From the NCBI GenBank assembly GCA_030141605.1, contig JAQGDQ010000224.1, forward strand, positions 299,838 to 363,837: 64,000 nt of DNA. Reading direction: 5' to 3'. Below the pieces are notes generated by a model. The model was not told the origin of the DNA. It saw only the letters and a program-made list of their open reading frames with translations, and ran no database searches. This DNA is from Tubiluchus corallicola (Eukaryota > Animalia > Priapulida). Positions 1 through 10,480 of this stretch are shown piece after piece (within the stretch, counting starts at the first letter, position 1; each line of letters opens with the position of its first letter). A program made the position numbers and the translations under genes.

Positions 1-510
1 TGGAGTCACGTTTGCCATTTTACATACCGTTGGAAATTCGCCTCTCATAATTATCTGATTAGCAATGTAAGTCATATGCGGGGCTATTACAGATGCGCTA
101 TCTTTTAGAATTTTGATAGGAATATCTGATGGTCCACTCCCTTTGTTGGAACTTAGGTTATTTAATATGTCGTTAATTTCTCCTACTGTGACGCTTTTGA
201 ATGAGAATACTGTGTTAGACGATTTGTTTTTTAATTTATTAATTATATTATTGTTAATATGAGAAGCCACTCCCTTAAAATTTCCAAGATTCAGGAATAT
301 TGCATTTAGCGCATTGGCAATATCTTTGGGTTTTGTAATAACAGTGTTGTTGATCTTAATTTCGTCAACACGCGTTAGTTTGTTACGGCATTTATTTATT
401 ACATTGTTAATAATTTTCCATTTTTCTTTGGTATTTGTTGCGTTTTTACATTGTTGTTGTATATGTTTATTTTTCAAGCATTTATTAAGATTATTAAATT
501 GATTTCTCTT
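1..510 (-). CDS. LINE ORF2 continuation (EN-RT linker) in a shifted frame
   Basis: Manual translation KRNQFNNLNKCLKNKHIQQQCKNATNTKEKWKIINNV...FSFKSVTVGEINDILNNLSSNKGSGPSDIPIKILKDSASVIAPHMTYIANQIIMRGEFPTVCKMANVTP. The shift occurs at a T homopolymer near 509-515. Confidence 0.8.
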
Positions 511-2489
511 TTTTTATAATTGTTATGATTGTTTTTAGTTTTGTTCTTTTCCCATATATTATACATTCTGTTTTTCGCTATTCTTAGTTTGTCAAGTTCA
601 GGTGTTGTCCAGGTACTTTCGTTATTGAGTTTGCTTTGTTGTGGGATTTGCTTTACGTTTTTATATGGTGCATGTACATTAAGGCAATATTCGACATTAT
701 ATGTCAGAATATTAACTTGTGTATCTATTTTATCAGTCATATATATGGAGGTCCAGTTCATTTTTGCTAAGTCGATTAAGTATGAATGTTTGTTGTATTG
801 GGCGTAGTCTCTCATTAAATGCCAGACTGAATTTTGGTTATTATTATGCTGTGGGGTCATTTTATCTACTAATATTATGAAATGATGATCTGAATAATCA
901 CACGGGAAAGTATCATATGCTACGAAATTATTGTTACTATTCGAAATGAAATGGTCGATTACTGTGGCTGATGTTTTAGAAATTCGAGTAGGTTTATTGT
1001 TGTTAAGTATGTGGACATTATATTGTTTTAAAAGCTCTGTGTATGTTTTGTATGCCAGTGTGTTTGTAGCTAAAATATCAAGGTTGAAATCGCCCATTAT
1101 AAGTACTTTTTTATTTTCGAAAACACTGCGTTCTAGTTCTTCACTAAAGTATTTGAAAAATGTTTTGTGTTTGAGATTGGGTGGTCTATATATGGTTCCT
1201 ATTACATAGTTCTCAATGCTGCACCAAACAGATTCAATTTTGCCAGTTCTGATGCCTTTCATTTCTTGTGGTCTCAGGTGTGAAGGTATATACATCGCAA
1301 CCCCTCCACCTTTCTTATTTTTACATCTATCTCTTCTTATTAATGTGTGATTAGGTAATTCTATAGTGTTGCTAAGTATTTGTTTATGTAGCCAAGTTTC
1401 TGTTATGCCTACAATCAGATTTTCGGTGGCGTGAATTGTATCTTTCAGCAGCCAGTGTTTTTTGACGAGACTTTGAATATTTATATTTAGAAATTTGATG
1501 TTCTTTTTATAAGTAATCATGAATTTTTTTAGCTTATCACTGGTATTATTATTGTTGGTGTTATTATTATTATTATTTGGCAAAATGGGTCCAGGGTTAG
1601 TTTCGATACCACCAAGTATAAGTAGTAAACGAATTATGGTTAAAATGTAAGCCAGTTCAGAACATGAGTATAGAGTGCTTTCAAATTTAGATGAAATCTG
1701 TAATTTTTCCAATTTTTTTAGAGCTACGTATTTTAGATTGACATGACGCATTTGTCTTATAGCACTGAGGTACACAACTTTTAAGATGGATACAAATCTT
1801 TTTAAAATAAATTGCATAGAGTGTCTTATTCTATCGCTATTTACAGGAAAAGCAATGAAAAAGTTGTTTAAATTACCTTTAGTCATTACATTACAAATTA
1901 CTGTTACGTAGATCATTTTCAGTTTTAGTATGGAGAGTAATGTACGTAGTATAACTAAGACGTAAGCATAGTTACAATAAAAGAACTTAACTGTTTGATA
2001 TTTGGCGTTAAATATACAAAGGCTCCCATGATCACAAATAAATTTGGTAATTTTATGATAAGATACGTTAGAAATATCAACTATGATACAAGAAGTAAAT
2101 TCGTATGGTTTCCAAAATGTACCTATTAACACAAATAAAATAACTTTAACTTGCAGTTTTTTTGCAGTAATACAGCAGCATAGTATCAAGCTTACACAGT
2201 AAAACGTTACACATGCGTGGTAAATTAATTTTAGAACGATCATAAGGATACTAATATCGATTGTGAGTAAAAGGGCTTGTATAGAATACAGTACTATAAG
2301 AAGTAAATATTTCCTATTATGTAATAACGTGGGTGAGATAATTGTTATTATAATACTAGTATACACAATTGTTACGTTATAATCTTTACACGAGTTAGGA
2401 TGGATTGGCCTATTTTGCCATATTATGTAAAAATTCACTAGCAGCAGTGCTAAAAATTTTCTGTTATTCAGTGTCATCATTAAAATCAT
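474..2489 (-). CDS. LINE ORF2 N-terminal part: hydrophobic leader + 2A-like peptide + APE endonuclease (frameshifted near 510)
   Basis: 671-aa ORF with EEP/APE motifs NINIQSL, ITETWL, RRDR...GGGVAMYI, GTIYRPP, MGDFNLD, PTR, IDHF and SDHH. GIETNPGP sits at about residues 294-301. Confidence 0.88.
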   Translation of the reverse strand: MILMMTLNNRKFLALLLVNFYIIWQNRPIHPNSCKDYNVTIVYTSIIITIISPTLLHNRKYLLLIVLYSIQALLLTIDISILMIVLKLIYHACVTFYCVSLILCCCITAKKLQVKVILFVLIGTFWKPYEFTSCIIVDISNVSYHKITKFICDHGSLCIFNAKYQTVKFFYCNYAYVLVILRTLLSILKLKMIYVTVICNVMTKGNLNNFFIAFPVNSDRIRHSMQFILKRFVSILKVVYLSAIRQMRHVNLKYVALKKLEKLQISSKFESTLYSCSELAYILTIIRLLLILGGIETNPGPILPNNNNNNTNNNNTSDKLKKFMITYKKNIKFLNINIQSLVKKHWLLKDTIHATENLIVGITETWLHKQILSNTIELPNHTLIRRDRCKNKKGGGVAMYIPSHLRPQEMKGIRTGKIESVWCSIENYVIGTIYRPPNLKHKTFFKYFSEELERSVFENKKVLIMGDFNLDILATNTLAYKTYTELLKQYNVHILNNNKPTRISKTSATVIDHFISNSNNNFVAYDTFPCDYSDHHFIILVDKMTPQHNNNQNSVWHLMRDYAQYNKHSYLIDLAKMNWTSIYMTDKIDTQVNILTYNVEYCLNVHAPYKNVKQIPQQSKLNNESTWTTPELDKLRIAKNRMYNIWEKNKTKNNHNNYKKREINLIILINA
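1587..1650 (-). other. 2A/StopGo-like ribosome-skipping peptide (ILTIIRLLLILGGIETNPG|P)
   Basis: Matches (D/G)(V/I)ExNPGP preceded by a Leu-rich helix, directly upstream of the APE domain. Confidence 0.75.
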
Positions 2490-2585
2490 AATAGAATAGT
2501 AAAAAAAGGAGTTTTATAACAGGTTTACGCAGACTAGCTTTAAAGTTCAGAGTAATGTCTAAAACCAAGCTAAACGATACTAGGC

Positions 2586-4139
2586 CTATATGAACTTGGA
2601 GATAAGCTCTTTAAAGGCTTTGGTTAGTATGTTTTCAATCTCGGATTTTACAACTGGTTCCTGAGTTAACAGCAGCGGTTCATTTTGGCTTGGCAGTGTT
2701 GTAGAACATTTATTAGGATAATGAGCTTTAGCCGATTCTGTGTAGTACAAACTGCTTCGTTCAGATGGCTCTCTCCGGTTCGAAACGGAGTAGGCTCGCT
2801 GTGGGTCGTTAATTACTGGCGTTGGGAGAAGACCAGGTTTCTTAACTGCGTCTGAATAGCTGGTATTGTGAGATGAACCAATACGTAAATTAAACGAGTT
2901 ATTTAGGCGCGAAATTGCAGAATTGTGTTGGTATGGGTTTGTATGGGACATTGGCTTGCGTCTTGTTTTCACGTACCAACGCTTAGGATCATTGTGTAAA
3001 CATAAGTTCAGTCGTTCTGCTAATTTTGATACACCAGCACGACTTAAATGTAAACCGTCTCTTGCCATTAACCCTTCAGCTAAAAAATGACTTTGAATGT
3101 TGCACAATAAATAGCCCTCTTTGTTAGCTAAATAGACTAGATCATCATTGAAAGAGCGTATAAGCTCGTTTGTCAGAAAGATATTACATGGTTTTGCATT
3201 AAAATGCTTACTTTTTGAAGTCAGCGGTATATTACAAATAAAAATGTTTGCAGCTTTAAACTTACTTGCAATGTTTTTTGCACAGTTGTCTGCAATTGTA
3301 ATGATGTCTCTAACTGATGATTCTTTGTCGATTTGCTGTCCAACCTCGTCGCATTTTTGCGCTAGCCGTCTTATGTCATTTACACCACAAGCGATGATCA
3401 CATTTTCAAGCTTCATAGCTGGATAATGGTTTAACACTTTTGTGCTTAACTCTTCTAATGTTAAGCCTCTGTATGAGTGTACCTGGACGTTTTGCCCGAT
3501 GTCCTTTGGATTTAAGTATACGGTCCGTGAGTCTCCCAGGACTAGCGTTTGAGTGGTTGCATGTATGGTCTTATGATTTTTCCTTCTTTGATTCACAGTT
3601 ATTGTGGCATTGCAAGTTTCCTTTTCCTGCAAGGTTTCGCCCTGCGATGGAAGGTCATTATTGCCGTGTTTCGATGAGGAGGTGTCTCCATTCACAAGCA
3701 AAGTTTGACTTGCTTCATCTGTGTGACTGGGATCTTTGGAGGAATTATCACTTGTTTGGTTGCTTACATTTCGTTTTCTTTTTTGTAGTTCAGAGAGTTC
3801 CGTTGATAATTTATGAACCTTTTCGATGAGAGTTGACTGCTCTTTATAGCTGGCAGCTAGTTTTGACTCCAAGCATTGAATTGTCTTTTTACTCTCTTTT
3901 TCCTCATTTTTGGTTTTTATTTGTAAGGCAATTAGCATTTGTTTATATCGTTCGCCCTCTGGATCACCAACAAGTACGAAGTCGGGAAACACAATTTCTG
4001 CCGCCTCGTGTCCATCATTTCCCATATTCGTCGTTTGCCTATGTTTTTTGAAGCACCTTTCGCACGTTGCAAGAAATAGCTGATTTTTATTTATTGGATT
4101 TTTTGCACTTTTGCAAAGCGTGCAACTTTTCCTTGCCAT
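2586..4139 (-). CDS. LINE ORF1 protein: N-terminal CxxC..CxxC zinc finger, coiled coil, SGNH/GDSL esterase domain
   Basis: 517-aa ORF. CTLC...CERC at the N-terminus, heptad-like segment, and SGNH blocks LVLGDS, CGVND and DGLHLSRAG, as in esterase-type ORF1 of CR1/L2-group LINEs. Confidence 0.85.
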   Translation of the reverse strand: MARKSCTLCKSAKNPINKNQLFLATCERCFKKHRQTTNMGNDGHEAAEIVFPDFVLVGDPEGERYKQMLIALQIKTKNEEKESKKTIQCLESKLAASYKEQSTLIEKVHKLSTELSELQKRKRNVSNQTSDNSSKDPSHTDEASQTLLVNGDTSSSKHGNNDLPSQGETLQEKETCNATITVNQRRKNHKTIHATTQTLVLGDSRTVYLNPKDIGQNVQVHSYRGLTLEELSTKVLNHYPAMKLENVIIACGVNDIRRLAQKCDEVGQQIDKESSVRDIITIADNCAKNIASKFKAANIFICNIPLTSKSKHFNAKPCNIFLTNELIRSFNDDLVYLANKEGYLLCNIQSHFLAEGLMARDGLHLSRAGVSKLAERLNLCLHNDPKRWYVKTRRKPMSHTNPYQHNSAISRLNNSFNLRIGSSHNTSYSDAVKKPGLLPTPVINDPQRAYSVSNRREPSERSSLYYTESAKAHYPNKCSTTLPSQNEPLLLTQEPVVKSEIENILTKAFKELISKFI

Positions 4140-5159
4140 TCATGTATGTCTTTTAACATATACTTTGTTCGACGTAGTATCTTTTAACTATAAGTAAATT
4201 TGTACAGCCTTGGCCTCACGGCCTAATCACAATCTATTCAACACTAACTGGTATAATTAGCAACCGGAGCACGAGACAAACGATGTGCACCGGACAACTG
4301 ACAACTGACCATCTTGACTCTTAAATCTTGAAAATCGTACATAAGTTTTTTCCCTCTTTAGAATTTTTCAGCAAGCTCACAAAATGTCTTCCAGAAGCTC
4401 CGTTATTGGGGATCAATTTCTCCGGAAGTGTTTAATAGGGTTGATAAAACAATAAACTCCTGACAAAGTTTTTCACCCGGCCAAAACTTGTAGAGTAATC
4501 TGAATATATTAGCTCAAAGTTCATAGTTCTCTAATATCGAATTTGACAATTCATAAATATGATATTATATTGTTTGTATTTTTCCCTGCAAGTTTATGTA
4601 AAAAAAAGCTCCCTTGAAACTCTGTAATCCAGCCGTACTTAGTTTCCAATAATTCAGACCCGCAAATGTGTAGACGTTACCTGGTGTTTTCCATGCTCAT
4701 CCATGCGGATTCCTTCCGCGGCGATTTGTTTCGCTCTGACGAAGATCGCATCCGTGACTGTCTGTTTGCTCATTATCATCTAACGACAGCAGCTGAACGA
4801 ATAAAAACATTTTTTGATGAAATGGTGACACTTTTATAAGTTTTTTACTGTTAAATTACATTCTTACCTAATGCAGTACCAAAATGAATAAAAACATTTT
4901 TTTCAAGAAATGATTCAACATGTCCAACATTAGTACGTTTGTTACAATAAAATTAACGCAGGTTAGTTCTCAGTTAAACAATGCTAAAATTAGCTTCACC
5001 TTGTCTGAATTTTTTATTTGCATTAACTTTGCTTATTTTTTCAAAATTGACCTTTTCCGGTTGCAAGCTGGACCTTCGGCATCCGGCGCTGCTAAAGAGA
5101 CAGATTGTCCAAATGTACCCAAAAAGCAATAAATCTAGCCTTTTTCAGACAATCTTAGT

Positions 5160-5575
5160 CTATTGAGTAGGTTAGTCTGGTGTACACTTGCGTGATCGTA
5201 CACACTATTTTATTGATCGCCTGGTTGCTACAGCCCGAGAGAAGTGTCTGCTGTGAAGAACTCGAGGAAAACTAACAGATCAGCCAAGGACAAACTAAGG
5301 TTGTCTTGTCTTTTAAGAGGAATTTCTCCTTAAAAATAGAGTAGACTTGAAGCCAAAGTGTATAGACTGTTGCATTAGCTTTGCTATAATTTTCTGCATT
5401 AGCCAATTTCACACAAGTGGCACTGTACATTGTTATAGTGCAAACACTGCAGTTACTGAAAGCTTTTTTTATTTTTCTTCATTAACAATTGGTTTTTAAT
5501 TTGTTTAAGGTGAGCAAATGCATTTCATAAATAACTTTGCATGAAAATCCATTGTCTGAGGAGTAGAAACCTACA
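5160..5575. repeat. Dispersed repeat, copy 1 (second copy at ~40205-40620)
   Basis: Colinear similarity starting at tattgagtag-ttagtctg-tgtacacttgc-tgatc-tacacactat and running ~400 bp. Confidence 0.7.
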
Positions 5576-6555
5576 AAAAAGGCTTAAGGTCCTGAAGGAG
5601 TTAATATTGTGATCTTATATATTACTAGTAATATAAACATATGGGGGGCAGGCCTGCAAGTAGCGGAAGTTGTGAAAGTGCCGGAATTCCGTCTCTTCGA
5701 TCAGCTTGCACAGTCAGTCAGCTATCAATAAGCAGTGTAGCGATGAGGAAATGTGACAGAAATCTATCTCTTCTGTCTGTTCTAGCTGTCAAGCAGCAAA
5801 AGTGAAGAAACTTCAGCTTTTCGTGTGGGGTAGCGCCTGTGGAACAGGCCAGCAAGTAACTGAGAAAGCAGAAACCCCTCAATTCTATCTATTCTATCTG
5901 TATCCTGCTCTTGAGCTAACAGAATTGAATGAAGTTGAGTCCGAGTTGAATGTCTAGCTCCCATGCCCAGTGCTGCCATCTACAGCAGCTTTTTTTCAAC
6001 CACTTGCTGGTGAGCAAATAAACAGTGAACCACCTAAACTGCCAGTGTGCCGATACTTCCAATGACATGACCCTTGTCCTGATATCACTTTACACCACAC
6101 AGCCCTGTCACCCGTAATCGCCCATGTCTCTGTATTTTTGATATTTAATGGTGTATTGATAAGATCTTTTTGGATGAAATTGATGTAAGTCAGCAGCTGT
6201 CTTCTTAGCGGTTTCTTTTCTTTCTGCAGTGCTTCTCTGAAAGCTAATTTTAGAGCCATCATCTGGTAGTTTTATAACATGTTGTAACCATCTTAATCTT
6301 CTCCTTTTGATTTTAACTATCCATTCCTCTGCCTTGACTTTATTATACCCGATCCTGCTTTAATATTTTCCTGAGATTTTATTCCTAGGCTAGAGTTTCT
6401 TCTGTGGAATGCATCAATTTCAGATTTGTGTTGTGCTTTGAATATCCATAATTCTGAGTTGTGGAGAAACTAAATTCCCACAATTGCAGCAAAGATTCTT
6501 AATTTGTTTCTACACTGACCCTTTTACTTTCAAAAATTTTGGAATATGCAGCTAA

Positions 6556-8112
6556 TTTGATTTCAAGCCTGTTTCACAGGATCAGGTAAATAAGTACCTC
6601 AGTGCCATTGGTAACAAAAAGGCGACTGGCCTTGACAATATTCCTGTAAAAATTCTGAAACTAGTCAAAGAGGCCTTTCTGCCTCAATTAACTGGTCTCA
6701 TAAATCAGATGTTTGACTGTTCAGTTTTTCCAGATGAATTTAAGCATGCTCGCGTCACCCCAGTGTTCAAAAAAGATGATGCGCTGAACAAGAAAAACTA
6801 CCGTCCAGTCAGTGTTCTTCCTATAGCTTCAAAGGTGTTTGAGAGAGCCATGGTGGACCAGCTTGGCGACCATATGTCCCGACACTTTCACCCACTCTTG
6901 TCAGCCTACCGTAGTGGATACAGCTGCCAGTCAGCACTGTTAGGGTTAACCGAAGAGTGGAGGAAGGGACTGGAGGCCGGTAACTATGTTGGTGCCATCC
7001 TGATGGATCTTTCAAAGGCGTTTGACAGCCTTCCACACAATTTATTGTTGGAAAAGTTAAGGTGCTATAATTTATCAGAAAATGCTGTAAATTTGATCAA
7101 AAGCTACCTTACTGACAGAAAACAACTTGTTCAGATCGGGAACGTCAAGAGCTCACCCCTTCCTATGGATAAAGGCGTTCCTCAGGGATCCTTAACTGGA
7201 CCTGTACTTTTTAATTGTTTTATTAATGATATCTTCCATTTTGTCAGTAAATCCACCTTGTACAACTATGCTGATGATAATACTGTTTCCTACTCCAGTA
7301 AATCATTTAATGATATGAAACAAACCTTAGAAGTTGAAAGTAACGCACTGGTCGACTGGTTTGCTTCCAACCAGTTTCAGGGGATTGCTGTGGGCAAAAT
7401 TACACACGACCTGAAACCTACTTTCAACATCAAAGGAGCGGATATTGAATGTACAGATGAGGTGAAACTTCTTGGTGTAAATATAGACTATCGCCTGAAT
7501 TTTGACTCGCACATTTCAGCCCTGTGCAAAAAAGCAGCTAAACAGATTAATGTTCTACGCCGTATTGGGCGAAACCTGTCGGTAAAATGTCGAAAACTCA
7601 TCTACCTTTCGTTTGTCAAGTCGAATTTTAATTTCTGCCCCGTAATCTGGCATTTCTGTAGTACATCAAATAGCCAGAAGTTAGAGCGTTTGAATTTCAG
7701 AGCGCTCCGTCTAGATTATAATTATTTCGAAAGTACCTACGAAAATCTATTGTTTAAAGACAATTTTGTGTCTCTTCAACTTCAGAGACAACGTCTCATT
7801 GCTATCGAAGTATTCAAGATTTTGTCCAAAAACTGCCCGTCCTATCTCTATGGACTGATAGAGGAACGAAAGCAAAACCGCTACTTCCTCAGAAAAATGA
7901 ACACTGCAGAACACCCTACATATGATGGTGTTACATACGGAAAGAAAAGTTTCTCTTATTATGGAGCCACATTGTGGAATGAATTACCAAACTGTCTCCG
8001 AATGGCCGAAAATCTTGGGGAATTTAAACGTCTAATTAACTCATGGACTGGTGCATCATGTAAATGTGCCATTTGTAAATTCAGCGAACTTCCCAATTTT
8101 ATTAAGTCTTAA
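6556..8112 (+). CDS. Non-LTR reverse transcriptase (5'-truncated ORF2)
   Basis: Motifs NYRPVSVLP, DLSKAFDS, GVPQGS, YADD and KLLGV, plus C-terminal CKCAIC. The frame is open 51 codons upstream of the track ATG at 6709. Confidence 0.9.
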   Translation, partial: FDFKPVSQDQVNKYLSAIGNKKATGLDNIPVKILKLVKEAFLPQLTGLINQMFDCSVFPDEFKHARVTPVFKKDDALNKKNYRPVSVLPIASKVFERAMVDQLGDHMSRHFHPLLSAYRSGYSCQSALLGLTEEWRKGLEAGNYVGAILMDLSKAFDSLPHNLLLEKLRCYNLSENAVNLIKSYLTDRKQLVQIGNVKSSPLPMDKGVPQGSLTGPVLFNCFINDIFHFVSKSTLYNYADDNTVSYSSKSFNDMKQTLEVESNALVDWFASNQFQGIAVGKITHDLKPTFNIKGADIECTDEVKLLGVNIDYRLNFDSHISALCKKAAKQINVLRRIGRNLSVKCRKLIYLSFVKSNFNFCPVIWHFCSTSNSQKLERLNFRALRLDYNYFESTYENLLFKDNFVSLQLQRQRLIAIEVFKILSKNCPSYLYGLIEERKQNRYFLRKMNTAEHPTYDGVTYGKKSFSYYGATLWNELPNCLRMAENLGEFKRLINSWTGASCKCAICKFSELPNFIKS

Positions 8113-8403
8113 TTAAATGCTGAATGTGTTGGCAGGAAAATTTTTTATTGACCATAGCTTTTTGTGTAAATTTTAGAAAATGTCACTGCCTAAATTTTTA
8201 CTGTCTCAAATTTTTACTGTCTTTCATGTAGGTGGCATCTAAAAGTTTTTAAGAAGTACATATTATTACCATGTTATCGCTCATATACATTATGTTTGAT
8301 ATCGGTTTACGAGCTTTAAGCTCATGTTTTACAAATATGTACTGTTTTATATCATACCGATGAAAATAAATATTATCTTATCTAATAATAAATATTATCT
8401 AAT
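6556..8403 (+). mobile_element. 5'-truncated CR1/L2-group LINE with RT and 3'UTR
   Basis: The RT frame is open from 6556. The element has a 3' tail aaataaatattatct(tatct) and is flanked by the putative TSD GCTAA. Confidence 0.85.
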
Positions 8404-8959
8404 GCTAACGTTTTTCTTCTTGGCGTAACTTCTTAAAACTCACTTCCCAGCAGCGTGAAATGTCACTATGCAAGATCTTAGACAAGTTTGTTTGTCGTGC
8501 CTTTCCGTATTTTTTCACGACTTATTTCTATGTTCATAGTTTTGCACTTGGTCAATTAATTAATTTATTAATAATTAGTCATTCAATTAATCATCTTTAC
8601 CTACCTTATGATGCTTAGGTTCTTTTTGCAAAGTACAAATTCTGCCTGGGTTCTAATCCTGGGTTATAAATGTCAGATATTAGGTCTTCAAGTGAAGTTT
8701 TATAATTGCAGACCAGATCTTTTGTTACACAATAGCTATCCAGCCACATTGTTTAAACAAAAGTGCTTAGGTCTCTGTCAGAGACATGTGTCATTATTAT
8801 ATGCATGGATAAAAAAATTTGCTCGCCTGATCCACTCTTTTATTAGCCTGTACCAGATGGCGAGTGCCATCTGGTAGTGAATGTTAGCCGACTGATCAGT
8901 ATTTTTGGATTCCAGTTAGTTCATCTTTTGTCTACTGAGCACAGTTTGTCTGCTTCCTT

Positions 8960-10480
8960 GTGCACCAGCTTGCGTGATATTATAAGAGATTTCTAGTACA
9001 TGCAAATTTGTCCAAGTAGATTTGAAGGTGCTGTTACAGTAGTGCTATTGATAATATATCTTCAAGCATTGAATTCCATAATTCCATAGGTTTACCTCCG
9101 CATTTGAGAAACTAAACTTGTATACATCCAACCTGAACTGTCTTTTATATATTTTATACCTGTGTCCTCTTGTTACTGAGGGGCAGCAATCAAAGAACAT
9201 TGCAGGATATAATGAAGTCCGAAACACCTGTGAACATTTTACACATTTCGATTAGATGTCCTCTAGTAGGCTACGTCTATGTTCAGGGCTGTGTAGTTTG
9301 AGTTCCTGTAGTTTGTCCTCGTATGCACTGTTGTTTAACCCAGAGAAATTTTCACTGTTCTCCCTTGGATTTTCGATAGAGCTGAAAATAATATCTTTGA
9401 CATAACGTGGGTTCCCCAAACTTGGCTTGATATTCAATGTGTGGCCTGACTAAGGTTTTATATATTGGTACGTTTCTATTCATACTAAGAATAGTTTTAA
9501 AGGTGGCTCCAAGTATCTGATTTTCCTTGGCAACTTTAACATCATTGACAGGTATTCGAAATTTGAGTTGGTTGTCCACAACAACACCCAAGCCTTTCTC
9601 AGAAGTAACCAATGGCAGGAATCTCCCATGAAATTGATAACCTAAATCACCTTGCAAGTCAGATTGTAACAGATTGTAACTAGGATACACACCATGTAAG
9701 CTTAACATGCAAATTTGCTCAGTTTCGAGATGATACTGCTATCAATGTTGTCAATAGTCCTAGTACACTGCCTTGGGGTACTCCAGAAATAATTAACTGG
9801 AAGTGTCAATGATTGTTAGTTTTGTACTGTCTGTTAGCTTTCTATTTGTCAACCATTCTTTGGTCCAACTAAAAAGTTTACCAAGGACACCATGGGCTTG
9901 TAGTTCGACAAGTACACATTGATGAGGTGCCCTATCAAAAGTCCAAGGTCCAAATATCCCAAGTCCAAATATGTAATACCAACTGAAGACCCAGTGTCAA
10001 TATAACTCAAAGAAGTCTAACAGATTGGTCACAATTGAACGTCATTTGAATAGTAAATTATTGCTAAATAACTTAGTGAAAATGTTCTGCATCTGCACTA
10101 CAAGTATTTTACAGGCTATCTTGTCAAGGAGATTGGTCTATATAGTTGCTGCTACACTTCTGGAACCTTATGTATTGGCGTAATAGTAGAGAGCTTCTTT
10201 CTAGTGTGTTTGCATCTATCAATGATTTACGGTAGACAATAGTTGATGGTTCAGTAATTATACAGTGCAGTTTTAAGTACATAGTTTAATGCAATAGATC
10301 AAGTCCTGGTGCAGAGTTGACATTAGTGTTTTGGTAATAATCCTCCTTAATATCAATGTCTTAACTGTAGTGGTATATCGGTTGTAGAATCAATTGAAGG
10401 TAACGTTGACACATTCTCACTAGTAAACAAGGTGTTGAAAACCTCATTCAGAATTTTCAGCCAGATAATGAGGGTCTGTC
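8960..10480 (-). mobile_element. Highly degenerate CR1-like LINE RT remnant
   Basis: Fragments EKGLGVVVDNQLKF, YKTLVRPHIEY, YEDKLQELKL and TRGHRYKIYK..FSFSN..VNLWN, with many stops and frameshifts. Confidence 0.75.

Larger units (their letters stand above)
1..4310 (-). mobile_element. Non-LTR retrotransposon (CR1/L2/Crack-like LINE), 5' portion; RT continues past the left window edge
   Basis: Two tandem minus-strand ORFs (esterase-type ORF1, APE-type ORF2). After a frameshift, ORF2 continues to the window edge as a typical pre-RT linker (SSNKGSGPSDIPIKILK...GEFPTVCKMANVTP). The 5' boundary is approximate. Confidence 0.9.
5940..8520 (-). mobile_element. Degenerate RTE-like LINE 3' fragment (5940-6555 and 8404-~8520), interrupted by a younger LINE
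   Basis: Minus-strand remnant reads ..KRVSVETKLRIFAAIV..FLHNSELW..EIDAFHRR.. with frameshifts. It rejoins across the insertion at duplicated GCTAA (6551-6555, 8404-8408). Confidence 0.6.
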
